Source of the DNA: Takakia lepidozioides | Lineage: Eukaryota; Plantae; Bryophyta | Assembly: GCA_030704615.1 (NCBI GenBank) | Contig: CM060733.1 | Location: 67,518,001 to 67,582,000, forward strand | DNA length: 64,000 bases | Direction: 5' to 3' | Part shown: positions 1 to 13,204 of the stretch, one piece after another | Layout of the letters: every line of letters begins with the position of its first letter | Numbering within the stretch: position 1 is the first letter of the stretch | The notes under the pieces: model-generated | Seen by the model: only the letters and a program-made list of their open reading frames with translations | What the model was told of the DNA's origin: nothing | Database searches by the model: none | Position numbers and translations under genes: made by a program

Positions 1-303
1 TAATGTAATGATTGTTTTCGTAGGCCATAAGTTTAAGCACAAGGACCAACCCTAGCCCAAGTGCCGAGTATGCTAGACAGAGCATACGACTGCCCAATTT
101 GGGCGGAGGGGCTGCCCCCAAGCGGTAGGGGTCCGCTTGTTACCATTCAGAGATCACACTCCAGGGAGTTGCAGGGAATGGCCCGTGTAGGCATATTCTA
201 AAGAGGGAAAGGCCCCAAGCTTTCCAACTAAATCCAATGCACTACCTTACCTGGAGCAAAGCGCTTCAGGTCGAAACAAACAAAGACACGAGGTCACAAG
301 GCC
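1..303 (-). mobile_element. 5' end of a LINE family A copy that continues left of the window
   Basis: Near-identical to 5910-6210, the 5' region of the full-length LINE A copy. Confidence 0.85.
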
Positions 304-534
304 CTTGAGAGACAGAGAGAGCGAGACAGAAGCGAAGCGCACTCAGAGAAGTAGGTGAAAGTCAGCTTCACCTGTGTGCTTTTTAAGCAGCTGTCATGGT
401 TGCCATTGCAAGTGTCACAGATGAAATTCATAAGGTTGCAAGGGGACACAGAAGTTTCATACCTCAGCCTTATATGTCCGCACATCAGGGTTTTCATCCA
501 TAGAGGATGAACTCTCAACATATTTCATCCATTG

Positions 535-700
535 AACGTTCATTCCTGTGCTGTGTGTGAGCAGCCCAAATGTTAGACCCCAACTGGGCCAGGGCTTTAG
601 GCTCAGCCTCGAGATTTTGAAAGTTGGTGAACAGAGGTGTAGGAGCCATGTTCTTGATGTTGTGAAGAGGGTCACTGTCTGGTGAGAATACCCTGGACAA
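535..700 (-). mobile_element. Degenerate 3' fragment of LINE family A
   Basis: Translates to [19 protein letters not shown], homologous to the C-terminus of ORF 801..1493. Confidence 0.7.
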
Positions 701-1535
701 CCCCGTAGCCTAGAGATTGTACTCATAAGACGTAATTTGCCGTAGCCTTGTGGCCATTGACCCCGCGCCCAGTTTGAGCGGGAACAAAAGGGACAGAACC
801 TTACTCTGTCAGGGGCTGACGTTGGTAGTAAGACTTACCTCCATATAAAGAATTAATCCGGATTTTCCAGATATCCTCTAGAAATCCCTTCACACAAGCA
901 TCAATCTGCTGTGTGTGATTTGCCCAAAAACTAGGCCTCAGGAGGGCCTGGGCTTTTGGCTCAGCCTCGAGACTTTCAAAGTTGGTAAACAGGGGTACAG
1001 GCACAATTCCCTTAATAGATTTGAAGAGAGCGTCTCTTTGGTGAGAGAACCCCGGACAGTGTATCAGAAAATGAATACTGTCTTCAGATTGCCCACACAA
1101 CGGGCAATTGCACTCTCCCTTTCCTCTCTGATTCTGTTTGCTGTTCAAAGGTAGGCTTCCTGCCCTGAGTTTAAATTTCAGTCTAGTGCCGAGAGTGGGT
1201 AGACCCTTGAGGTCATCCAAGATGTCCTCCCCCATGTCACAGACTGGAAACAAGTTCAGGGAAGTTTTCTGCCTAACTTCATTTTCATCAGACAATCTCA
1301 TGGCAACAGACATGGCTTTGGACACTACAGCCTCTAAGTCAGATTTATCCAGCAGGGTCAAGACTTGCGGATCCAGGTCCAGGTCCTTGAGGATCTCTTC
1401 TACTCTCTTCTGCCAGGACTTAGCCTGTTTGACAGGGCGGTCCTGTTTCCAAGATATAGAGTCGATTAACTTAGGATATCTGGTGTTGGACATATGTTGC
1501 AGCTGACCCCACCATCTGACCTTGAATTCATCTCG

Positions 1536-3395
1536 TCAGGAGCTTAAGGACGGAATGCCAAACTCACCCCGAACAGCCACATTGGCTGTTTTGGAGCATG
1601 CTGACATACACTCCTTAAGCACCCCCACTTGAATGGATTCTAGAGACTTAGCCTGGTTGGAGTTATCAACCCATATAGCAGATCCGTACTCCAAGGCAGG
1701 TCTAATAACGCGACAAAGCATGGTTTTCTTAACCTCAGAGTTGACCCCTCTGCAGTGGAAAAATTTAGTGAGCCCCAGAGCTTTGCCCTTGCCAGTTTGA
1801 ACAACTTTCCGGATATGTGCATCCCAATTACAATTGGAGGAGAACTCAACGCCCAGGTAAGTGTAGGAAGGGAGGACCGGGATCTCTTGGGTACCCCACT
1901 GCCACTTAAGATCACTTCCTCCCTCTCCTCTGTCGTTGAATGCTACCACTGCACATTTGCTGACATTAGCCTCTAGCCCCCAAAGATCAAAGTATCTCTT
2001 CGCGCAATCAATCAACTCCTGGAGATTGGTTGGAGTCTCCCCTATGCCTGCGAAGTCATCTGCAAACATAAGGGCTGGTATGGTGGTATCACCCACCCTT
2101 AACCCAAATCCCTCACTTTCCACATCCTCGAGGAGTTGATTGATGAAAACATTGAAGAGCAGAGGGGAGAGAGTACATCCTTGAGCTACACCTTGGTCTA
2201 TGTCAAAGAAGTTGGACTTCTGTCCGTTAACAGTGACACAGCTTTTGGTGTGAGCATACAAGTTGTGGACAACTCTCCACATCTTTCCTTTGATCCCACA
2301 AGACCAGAGGCAGAACCATAGGCCATCTCTCCACACTGTGTCATAAGCCTTTTTGACATCCAGGAAAAAGACATAAGTGGGTTTCCCTTCTTTTTTCCTT
2401 CCCTGCATAATCTGGCTTAGAGTGAAGATATGATCCACACAGCCCCTGTTTCGGCGAAAGCCAGATTGGCCTTCGTGGAAACAACCTCTAGACTCCAGAT
2501 CAACCTCGAGACGAGTACTTATAACTCTGCAGAATGTCTTGCCAACAGCATTGAGGAGCGTGATGCCACGGTAGTTCCCCGGTTCTTCTCTGTCACCCTT
2601 CTTGTATAGATTGACAATGACCCCCTGTCGCCAGCGAAAGGGGATCATTTCAGTCTTCCAGATAAGGTTAAAGAGGAGAACTAGGGCCTCTATCATGGGA
2701 TCGCCACCGTTCAACTCCTGGAGATTGGTTGGAGTCTCCCCTATGCCTGCGAAGTCATCTGCAAACATAAGGGCTGGTATGGTGGTATCACCCACCCTTA
2801 ACCCAAATCCCTCACTTTCCACATCCTCGAGGAGTTGATTGATGAAAACATTGAAGAGCAGAGGGGAGAGAGTACATCCTTGAGCTACACCTTGGTCTAT
2901 GTCAAAGAAGTTGGACTTCTGTCCGTTAACAGTGACACAGCTTTTGGTGTGAGCATACAAGTTGTGGACAACTCTCCACATCTTTCCTTTGATCCCACAA
3001 GACCAGAGGCAGAACCATAGGCCATCTCTCCACACTGTGTCATAAGCCTTTTTGACATCCAGGAAAAAGACATAAGTGGGTTTCCCTTCTTTTTTCCTTC
3101 CCTGCATAATCTGGCTTAGAGTGAAGATATGATCCACACAGCCCCTGTTTCGGCGAAAGCCAGATTGGCCTTCGTGGAAACAACCTCTAGACTCCAGATC
3201 AACCTCGAGACGAGTACTTATAACTCTGCAGAATGTCTTGCCAACAGCATTGAGGAGCGTGATGCCACGGTAGTTCCCCGGTTCTTCTCTGTCACCCTTC
3301 TTGTATAGATTGACAATGACCCCCTGTCGCCAGCGAAAGGGGATCATTTCAGTCTTCCAGATAAGGTTAAAGAGGAGAACTAGGGCCTCTATCAT
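1536..3395 (-). pseudogene. LINE reverse transcriptase with an in-frame 233-aa internal duplication
   Basis: [27 protein letters not shown] and FADD each occur twice. Confidence 0.9.
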
Positions 3396-3409
3396 GGGAT
3401 CGCCACCGT
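2012..3409. repeat. 699-bp tandem duplication (2012-2710 and 2711-3409)
   Basis: The two copies look identical on inspection. Confidence 0.9.
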
Positions 3410-3694
3410 GCTTGATAAGCTCGTTGACAATACCATCAGGTCCACCAGCTTTATATCCATTTAAATGTTCAATTGCTTCTTACAATCTCAGAAGAACTAA
3501 TGGGAGCATTATAAGCCATTGAAATATACTCCAGTTCATCAGGGCTGTTTTGAATCATAGGAACAGTTTTTCCAACTGTGTCCCTCCATTCATCAGAAGA
3601 CCCCTCACTGTTAGACCTAGAAGTTCTGCCAAGGATACTGTAGTGAGTTTCAAAGGTTTTGACAATGTCAACCGATGAAGTCACCACTGCACCT

Positions 3695-5092
3695 TTAGTA
3701 GTCTTCAGCGCTTGTACTTGCTGACCGTTTTTTCGGCTTGTACAAACGTTGAAGGGCCAACCAGAATTTCTTGTCATTACCACCATGGTGGTTTGAGTTT
3801 ATTTCACTGTATAACTTGTCCCAATATAATTTCTTCTGAGACCTAACAAGCTGATTGATATCTTTACGGAGCTGGTAGTACCTCGCCCACAATTCTCTGT
3901 TGGTTTCCAAATTGCAGCACTCTTTATAGAGGGCTCGTCTCTCAGCTATCTTGAGTTTAATCTCATTAGTCCACCAATTAACTGCTCTACCGCAGACAAT
4001 TAGTTTCCTCCCAATGATCTTGTCAGCCACGGAGGAAACGAAACTCTCCCAAGAGTCCACTGCTCTTTCGACTTCATTTCTTGCGTTAACAGAGCGTGAC
4101 TGAAGTTCTTGGAGCGATTGGACAAAATGAGGGAGAGCCTCTTGCAAAGCCTGGACGTACTCAGCCTTGACCTCCTCATTGTGGAATTTTTCTATGCGCC
4201 ACTTCCGAATCGAACGTTTCACAGATCTCTTGGTGGTGGGAAAACACCTTTGGATCTCAGTCCAAACCAGGAAGTGGTCAGAGGTACCAATATCAGTTCT
4301 GTCGATCAACACATTGGCACACTGGGGGAACAAAATTTTGTCCATTATGATATAGTCCACAATGGAACGTTCCCCAGTTTGGGGTTTCTCACGAGTCCAC
4401 TGCACTTGGTCACCTCCAGTCCTGTTATTCAAGGTCAAAAGCTGAAGCTCTTCTAGACAGTTAATTAACCGTCTGCCATTAGAATTCAGCTCGTCCTCAC
4501 CAAAAGGTCCAATGATATCGTCCTGATGGATCCCTTTGCCCACCCGGGCATTGAAGTCCCCCAATAGTACCACCTGACCTTTGGCAAGGAACGAAGCACA
4601 GTCCAGCTTTACATCTTCGAAGGCCTTGTCTGCGTCAGCACTAAGGGTCCCCTCTGTGGGCATGTAAAGACAACCAACAAAGAGGTCCTTTGTACTCATG
4701 CCGCCCTTCAAATTCAGTTTTAGCCAGATACTATGCTCGTACCTCAAACCCTTGTTGATAATTTCACAATTGTCAAACAAGAAATCACGGACAAAGAATC
4801 CGACCCCTTTTTGACCGCGTTTGGCAGAGGCTGCGTTGAGAGTACACATCTTACCTGCCCATTTATAACCAATGACATCTCCAACCAGTTTATCCGACGT
4901 TTCCCATGTTTCCGTCCCAGCACAGATATGAATATCATTAGTCCGAAGAACTTGTCCCACTTCAAGTTGTTTCCTTTGGTTGGTCAACCCTGAGAAGTTG
5001 AAAGTGGCCAGCCGCAAGCCAGCCCTTTGCGTGTGAATTGTTTGTCGTCTAGGTAGCTTGTGATTGCTCCTGGACGGCCAACCGTTCTGCAA
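3695..5092 (-). pseudogene. LINE APE-type endonuclease region
   Basis: ATFNFSGL, ETW, YMP, LLGDFNAR, IVDYI and SDH motifs. Confidence 0.88.
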
Positions 5093-5102
5093 AGGGGGAC
5101 AG

Positions 5103-5500
5103 TTACCCCATGTGTAGATTTTGGTCGTCTTGTGTAAACTTTGAGAATTGGTAAACCATTCAGGGTACCAAATCTTTCAGTTACACGACGCACAGGCTCC
5201 GCACACATAGGGGCAGGTTGTCCGTCAGACTGCTTGGGGACAATTACCCCGTGTATAGATTTTGCTCGTCTTGTGTAGACTTTGAGGATTGGTAAACCAT
5301 TTAGAGTACCAAATCCTTCAGTTACACGACGTTCAGGCTCTGCACACTTAGGGACAGATTGTCCATCTGACGGCTTGGAGACAATTACCCCGTGTATAGA
5401 ATTTGTTCATCTTGTGTAAACCTTGAGGATTGGTAAACCATTCAGAGTACCAAATCCTTCAGATTCAGGACGTTCAGGTTCCGTACACTTAGGGGCATCT
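5103..5500. repeat. 141-bp tandem repeat, about 3 copies, at the LINE A ORF1/ORF2 junction
   Basis: TTACCCC..TAGA..TCTTGTGTA..TTGAG.ATTGGTAAACCATT recurs at 5103, 5244 and 5385. Confidence 0.8.
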
Positions 5501-6429
5501 TGTCCTTCTGGCTGTTTGGATTCAACCTCCTCCAGAGCATCAAACCGATTAGAAACTCTCAAGTTGAAGTTGTTGCCCTTGGTTGTCTTCCTAGAGCGCC
5601 CCATTGAATCACCAATGTCTAAAACCGCTCTCCAGCCAGTCAAGGGACGAACTTCTTTGAGATTGAATTGATGCGGGACTCTATTAGAAGCACTTTTGGT
5701 CATTGCAACCTTCAACGTACCCCTGTTATCAAGTCTCGAGATGGTACCATTCGCCATGAAATCCAAGCCTAAGCTAGAGCATGTAGTTTTAAAGGACACA
5801 TCGTCCATCCTGGGATTCACCCCAAAAACTACACATGAAGCCCTAGATTTGGCGTAAGTAACCAATTCCCAGGGATCACCCTGAGGAGTGTTGATGTTGA
5901 TAGGAGCTAAATTTTTGATTGTTTTCGCAGGCCATAAGTTTAAGCACAGGAACCAACCCGAACCCAAGTGCCGAGTATGCTAGACAGAGCATACGACTGC
6001 CCAATTTGGGCGGAGGGGCTGCCCCCTTGCGGTAGGAGTCCGCTTGTTACCATTCAGAGATCACACTCCAGGGAGTTGCAGGGAATGGCCCGTGTAGGCA
6101 TATTCTAAAGAGGGAAAGGCCCCAAGCTTTCCAACTAAATCCAATGCACTACCTTACCTGAAGCAAAGCGCTTCAGGTCGAAACAAACAAGGACACGAGG
6201 TCACAAGGCCGGCATTTAGTCACAGAAACATTAATGTACTCCCGTTTCAAGTCCACCCAATGTCAATAGGCTTCCTAGAGGACAGGGAGAGCCGTAGCCT
6301 AGAGAGAGGGAGACAGAGCTTGTCGTGTGACTAGGTCATCTGATCTCATACGAAGTGAGGATTGAATGCACTTGTTGCCAGGAATGAGTAGTTTGAATGG
6401 CTAATGGTCTGATCATGGTGGTTGGACAG

Positions 6430-7901
6430 TGCGTGGACAACGTGGTGCAATTTGTACAGGACTTCACCATGCATATAGAAGGTGTTGGTCATGTCTGCAG
6501 GTCAGGCCCAATTGCTTTTTGATAGGCAATCTGTGCATTCTGTGGCCCTCCCTTTGTATCAAAACGATCCTCTCTTTGTGGGTTCTGGCATTAGGCAACC
6601 CTAACTGCACAAGCGGTAAATCTAATTGTTAGCAGTGTGGGTTTGGTTGGCAACAGTCTAAGTGTGTTTGACTTCGAACACCATGGCAATTCTAAGTACG
6701 GCTCCCCATTCCACACTAGCAAGGACCGGCGCAGCTCACAGGGCAAGATGGAAAAGTCCTTTCTCAGGTAATAGTGTTTCCTCTTTCTTCTGTTGGATCC
6801 CAATTGTTCTCCGTAGGTTCCATTAGATATGGGTCATTTATGAGGGTCTCTTTCTGTCATGCAGGAGTCTTGAAAAAATAATAAATACAAGCAAGACACT
6901 GTAGCTTGTCAAAAAGAGTTATTTGAAAAATTAGTGTTGGTTTACAAGAGGTCTGTGGTGTTGGGCTAACTGCAGTTCTTTGTTGTTTGACCAGCTTCAA
7001 GAGCAACTATCCTAACTGGGAGCCCAGTGGCACTGGCAAACAGTTTATGTCAGTCTTGGCTGACTTCCGAGTTCGCAATGAGGAGGCTGATATTTCAGTG
7101 GCCCAACTCTTCTCATCCGTCGGCACACCTTCTTCTACTAACCAGCTGAGGCCACATGGTGTGGCAAGATCTCATGACAGTCCCTACACACGCTCAGTCA
7201 ATTCAAGTGTAAGAGACAGATTTGGCTCTCATATCCCATTTACGCAGCCTCATTCCACTAATGAAGCTGATCCAGATACCCTTGTGGGGACTAGTAAAGT
7301 AAGGGAGCTCTATGGATGCCCATTTGCTGAACGAAACGACCGGCTGTATTGGCTGGACAAGTTCTACACTGCTTCGCAGTCGCCACAAAACACAGAATCC
7401 AGATTGTTGGTTGACGAGAGACATTGGGAAGGCAGGGAGTTGTCGAGGGAGGGATTTAAAGAAGGCAGTGGTAGAGATGGGAGACTAAATAGAGGTGGGG
7501 ATGCTGAGAGATTGAGTAGCCAAATAGGCGTACATATGCAGGCTTCCACCCGGGGGGTGCTAGGGCATCAAGGTATTGGACACACAACCGGAGAGAGCCG
7601 ATGGTGGGCTCGTCGAGGACCAGACTCGACAGGGATGCTGGAAAGCACTTTTGAGCCCCCCATGTTTGGAAGGAGCCACATGGCAGAAAGCCAGGATGAG
7701 TTCTCTGAGAGTGAGGAAGATCATGAGCGAGAATGGGTTACCCAAAGGCACGCAAAGGGCACATTTGGCAGTAGTCATATCTCTGAGGATGAGAACCCCA
7801 ATCTAGAGTTTCCGTTTGGTGACGTTTATGAAAGGCCACAAGATGCGGCAATGATTGGTTTGGAGAGTGGGCCAGTGGTGACAAGAAACAGGGCAGAGTG
7901 A
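6430..7901 (+). CDS. ATG9: Autophagy-related protein 9, 3' exons (6430-6500, 6657-6767, 6995-~7901); upstream exons are outside the window
   Basis: GT-AG splicing gives CVDNVVQFVQDFTMHIEGVGHVCSLSVFDFEHHGNSKYGSPFHTSKDRRSSQGKMEKSFLSFKSNYPNWEP, matching the conserved plant ATG9 segment (DFT..IEGVGHVCS...GKMEKSFLSF), followed by a low-complexity tail. Confidence 0.88.
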
Positions 7902-10900
7902 GAGGTCCCATAGGTGTGCTGCAACTTCATCCTCCCCTGGAAGTCATAGAAGGTAACACATGCCCCTATGTTTAGTGTGGTAGCTTACATACGTTGGGTG
8001 GAAGTACCACTGTTGGCAGTAGGTTATAGATGGTAGCACATGTGGGAAGTAGTTGAGGTAGATTTATGGTCGTAAGTTGCATACATTGGAAAGATAACAT
8101 CCAACCTGATAAACACATTGCTGTGACCAAGTGTGATTCCCACGTGTGCTAGAGCTTGAGAACTGTGGACAGTGATTGGCAATGTTCATGCTTGTATCGT
8201 GCAGCTGGAGGTTTTTCCATGCTATTGATCAATGGGGCTGGCTCTTGAAGGATTCATCAACAACAATGGTGCCATGAATGGCAGCCCCCATTGGCCATGG
8301 GGTTGGTAGTTTGACCTAAACAGAGCTCTGCTGGCCACATCCAAATGTTCTTACAGGGGATCTGTCAGACTTGGGCTAGCAGACAGAGAGATAATTCAGC
8401 TTATCAGACCGTGCTTTGCTGCAGCCTGTAGCGTAGAGAGAAAGAGAGCTGACCTAAGGTCAGTTTCCAAAGGTTTACTCTACTGGGTGAAAGGCAATAA
8501 TTTGTCTCTAACAAATTTTGCATGTGTGCTCTGTGGCAGGTTTGAACCATTCTTTTGCTCTTCACAGTCACCTATAAGGGAGCTGTCTACACGTACATGT
8601 CCATATGCATGTGTATGTAGAGAGTGGAAAACACCTGGTATTCGTATATTTTTGTTGCGGAAGAACAGGCCTCTCATCTGCACTGTCAATTGTAGCATTC
8701 TTGGAGAGGGTGACAACTTAGACCTAATGATTTTGGCCATCTCAGCTTTTCACCAAACCCTTTCTTCTTTTAGATCTGTTGGTATGTCACAGACTGGCCG
8801 TCTCTGTAAACATTAATTGAAGCCTCATTTTATGTAAATCAAAGCGCCTCCCCACTTCTTTTTGGGCATCTTGCTCTCTTTGTGTTTGTGGAGGCTATTT
8901 CATCATCTAGACATGGACTGGCAAGTGATTACTCTATGTTTCCTCCCTCTGTCATTCATCACATTCAATCATGTTTTGTCCATTTGGTATAATCCAGGTT
9001 AAAAAGAGATAAGCTGCCCTAGATGTCCTCTCCACTTTTCAGGATGAATCCCTGAGAAGGTCATGATTACTATTTAAGGACACTCTTAAGCATGGTAGTA
9101 GGATTGATCTTTGAGAGAAAAAGTGGATTCCAAGTAATGATAATCTTTTCAATCTTAAGGATGCTCATTTCCTTTTGGAACACCTTCTAATACCTCTAAC
9201 CTGGTTGCTCAACATTCTCTTTGATGCTGAAGACAATGAAGCTTTAGAAGAGTACCTCCAAAATCAAATGTCAATTTTCAATTGATTTAGGTTTGGTCAA
9301 GGTTCGGAAAGTGACCCAACCTAGAACCCAGATATAAACAATGAACAAACACGGAATTACCTGGTGCATACCCCAAATCCACGGGACAAAAAGTCGGCAC
9401 AAACTTGCCAAGGTGGAGGAATGGGCTTCTCTTGATAGGGGCAGGTTGCTGTAGAGTGAGGTGTAGGTGACCATGGTTCCTGGTGTGGTAGTGGGCACAT
9501 ATGTGGGATTCATAATTTGAGTGGCAAAAATAGCTCCATCAGCAACCTATTCCTCCGTGCATATAACAGATTTTGGCAACAGTTCAAATCTTATATGAAG
9601 TAATTTGTTAGTTAGCCGAACCAAGCCACAGTCTCAGTCGAACTTCATCGAAACTTTGTTAGGGGACAAGTAAATCTTACAAACTCAGACATGTCTAGAA
9701 TCACCCAAATGAGGCACACGTGTTGGGAATAGCCTAGGAATGTATGTAATGGACTTATGCAATGTTAGCGGGGAGACTACAAGAGATCACTTTCTCACAT
9801 TTCCACCCGTTTCAAAGAGGTCGTAAGTTATCATTCTAGTGACGACTGAAGGTTGGAAACTAGTTTTAGTGTTAGAGCAGAAAAAGGTGTCTTTGTGCCA
9901 CATCATCATCGCCACGTTTCATCGTCGTCAATTTTTTTGAATCTGCCCGGATTGCCCGGGAAAAGAAAAGAAAAGAAAAGAAAAAAACTGAATCTTGAAA
10001 ACCCGTCATTGTCGTTATTTCTTGAACTGTCTGAAACTTCTGGACGGATTTTCATGGAGGTGTTTGGGCCAGGGCTTTAGGCTCAACCTCAAGATTCCCA
10101 TCCTGAGTTTAAATTTCAGGCTAGTATTGAGTGAGAGAGAGGAATATGTAGTTCACTCAGTGTGCTGACTGTCATTGCAGAGTTCCTGCTAACCCAAACA
10201 TAAATGGTAATCAAAAGTAATGATTCAGTCATGGCCAGACAATTGTAAATGATAATTTAGTGTTGCATATACAGCGTGACCATGGTAGTTGTAGAGTCAT
10301 GTCATGTCAACGTTTCTGCGAGCATATCTATTGCAGCATGTAGAGCTTCCCCATGCTGGTTACCGGATTGATCAAGCATGAATATTGCCCTACTTGGATG
10401 AAGGGCAAAAAGTGCTCCTCCACCTCTAGCCCCACCCGGTCAGGCATCAAACCTAAGGACTTCGACTGCAATGCTTGTCTCAAGATGTAGGCATTTCCAG
10501 GAGACAAAGAAGGAGTAGACCCTGTTTGCATACTGATAGAACGAGATCCATTAGAGTCATGAGCATGGGCGCCTACAGTTGGTGGCTATGGAAAATCATC
10601 CAGGCAAATAAACAGAGCAACTGGTGTACACTGCACAGGAAACAAGACGGGGGCTGAACCTAAAATATATAAGAGCTATGGTCGATGCTTGCCGCCCTGG
10701 GGGCGCACCTGTATTCCTTCCTGAGGCATTGCTGGAGGCTAGAGACACGGGATGATGTGGCACACCTCTAATCAGCAATCTTTGCCTCCATGATCAGCAA
10801 TCTGACTTCACTTTGCTTGAAGCTGTGCACTAACTGAGGTTAGATGATTACTAAGATGCATACAGTTGGCTTCCAACTTCTCCAAAAACTTCCAGCTACT

Positions 10901-11184
10901 TCGCAAATAGAGTTAGACCTGATGCTGACATCATGTAGTACCCACGTTGCACATTGTTATAAGGAGAATATGACATTATGCAACATTGGCTATGTTGGTG
11001 CCGATGTGAGTTATACCCTCGTGCCCAAGAAAATTCTATAGACATTATAAACAAGTCTCACCTTACTTACAGAGGTAAAAGCACTATGCTTTCCCATAAA
11101 TTCTTTGGTGTGAAGGCCTGTAGACTTTGAACTTAGTTGTGGGTGTTGTTGGGCTAAGTTGGGGTTTTGCTTTTTATTTTGAAG

Positions 11185-11660
11185 CTATCAAGACCGGGCT
11201 ATAGGGATACATGGAGGCCGGTGAAATTGGAGTGCAACTACTTTGAAACCAAATTGATCAACCAAGATGACGTCTACCACTATGATATACAACAATTTGC
11301 ATATGCTCGTCATATTGGCATGTAATCTGGTGTGAAGTTGGTTGTGTTTTTGTTGTTACCCCTTTGTTGCATTTAAACATTCTTGCTGGATATCTGAAGG
11401 TCATTTTCTCTTGTGTGTGCTTGTAAAGGTTTGTATATCAGTCGGTGGGAATCCGGAGGCCACCTATGCCGAAAAATATTTCCAAAGATATGATGAACAA
11501 ACTCCATAGTACTTCAGGGATCTGCCTTGGGGCCGGTTTGGTGTGAAGGCCTGCATATCGTAGGGAACACTTGGATGGGGGAGACAATTTGTTTACCAAT
11601 GTTCCCCTTCGCCATAACTCACCATTCACTTCGTTGAATTCACATGTAACTGTCATGACC
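11185..11660 (+). pseudogene. Argonaute N-terminal domain gene fragment (two decayed exons)
   Basis: 11185-11286 reads LSRPGYRDTWRPVKLECNYFETKLINQDDVYHYD (AGO RPG(Y/F)G..GR...L.AN(H/Y)F...YHYD) after an AG acceptor. Near 11574 it reads DGGDNLFTNVPL (AGO YDG.KNL(F/Y)T..PL). No PAZ or PIWI domain follows. Confidence 0.55.
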
Positions 11661-11949
11661 AATACCCAGCCCCCTCCATCTTAGAGAAACCACAAAAATA
11701 TGCCCCCCCTCATCCTCGCTATCCGCCAGCGTGGTTGGCGCACTGGCCCCCTATCAGTCATCACAACCGGTACTAGAGGTGGTATTCATACCGCCAGTAT
11801 AAACGCGTTACACGAGAATCTTAAAATCTCTATTCCCCCAATCCACAAATGTTTTAAGGCCATTCACCTCACTATGCTTCGCTCCCTAACAGCTATCATA
11901 ATAAAAAAAGAACCATGGCCTTGAGGAGCTGATGCATTGTATGATGGAA

Positions 11950-13204
11950 CTCCACTCCACAATTCTTTCAGTTCATCCACAAGTGTTTGCATATACACAT
12001 CCATGTCTTCGACTTGCTTTTTCCCCACTGCATCCCATGAAAAAACAATGTCATTTTCTCAATATATAATATGCGTGTGGATTTATGTTGGTAGCTTATC
12101 TCAATCCAACATGATGTGCACAAGAAAGATGCGGGCATAATTTGATGTCTACCTAAAGTAGTGAACAAAAAACAGCACAATGTATATAATTACCTAGCAT
12201 GATGGCGGACAACATGATATGACCTTTTTTCACCGCAAGGTATGGAGGGATGTTGTAATTCACCACAGTCAATGGCCGGGTGGAATGACTACATGATTGG
12301 ACAGAGAATGGGTTTACACCATCCATAGACAAGCCCAAGTGAACATGTCGTGGATCATCTTTAAAAAAACGGCCATTGTTCTTCTGTGTGCTTCCATGCT
12401 TGTGAGTCCTGAGGGCCGCACACCTTTCCCGGAGCATTTTCTAGCATCTCCAGGCCCCCCATACCATAGTCAATAAGTAAATAAATAAAAGTATAAATAG
12501 AATAATATGTGTGTGTGTCAATTCTCTCATGTATATATATATATTGTGCGTGTGCGTGTGTGAACATAGATCTATCACACATACAAAACTCGACCGAAAT
12601 TTTTTTTTCGTCTCATCTTCAAATTGATATTTTTTTCTAACACACAGAAATAAACAATACACTAGAGACAAATCTAAGGTCTTAATATACCTTGCGTGGG
12701 GCCTTTTACCCTTGAACATCATCACGGTATCTATCCATGTTGCACTTTGGACACTTGGTGGCATGCTCATGCTCTCACTAGTACAAGGTACGATCACAAG
12801 GACATGCATGAATTATTTTGTAGCCCATCCCCATAGAGTATCTTGGGCTTCAAATGGGGGGCAAGGATGTACTCCGCAATGGTCCGCATTATTGCAGACA
12901 TGCTGACATTGCTTATGCCGAAATGAATCTGCAAATTAAGCATCAACAATATAGTAGAGAGCCGACTCACTTTCGCCCCTTCGTACAAAAGAGTGTTGGC
13001 CTCCCGCTCCAAGTCACTACTTGAGTCGGGGGCATAATTCTCCGATGGAGGGGCCTCACCCAAATGATGCATCAATAAGTCCTCCATAGCCGTTACATCA
13101 TCATGGTTCATACCATGGTCAGCTTCATCATCATCATCAACGTCCACACCCATATTGTCCTCGGCATGTTCGTCCCTATCTCCCGGGTCCTCATGAAGGC
13201 TCAA
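11950..13204 (-). mobile_element. CACTA/EnSpm transposase (Tnp2/Transposase_21 family) remnant
   Basis: FFKDDPRHVHLGLSMDGVNPFS..STRPLTVVNYNIPPYLAVKKGHIMLS; IHACP and KCPKC Zn-finger segments; LYEGAKVSRLSTILLMLNL; stops and frameshifts. Confidence 0.85.

Larger units (their letters stand above)
717..6291 (-). mobile_element. Near full-length LINE family A (APE endonuclease, RT, C-terminal Zn finger; clade uncertain, RTE/RTEX- or CR1/L2-like), probably in an ATG9 intron
   Basis: 14-bp direct repeat CCGTAGCCTAGAGA at 703-716 and 6292-6305. APE motifs GDFNAR and SDH in ORF 3695..5092. RT motifs QG..LSP and FADD in ORF 1536..3395. [16 protein letters not shown] in ORF 801..1493. The reading frame is broken by stops and frameshifts. 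Confidence 0.9.

Noticed and set aside
8480-11040. Possible old L1-like LINE debris (e.g. WCTLHRKQDGGLNL near 10620)
   Set aside because: Too decayed to support boundaries or family
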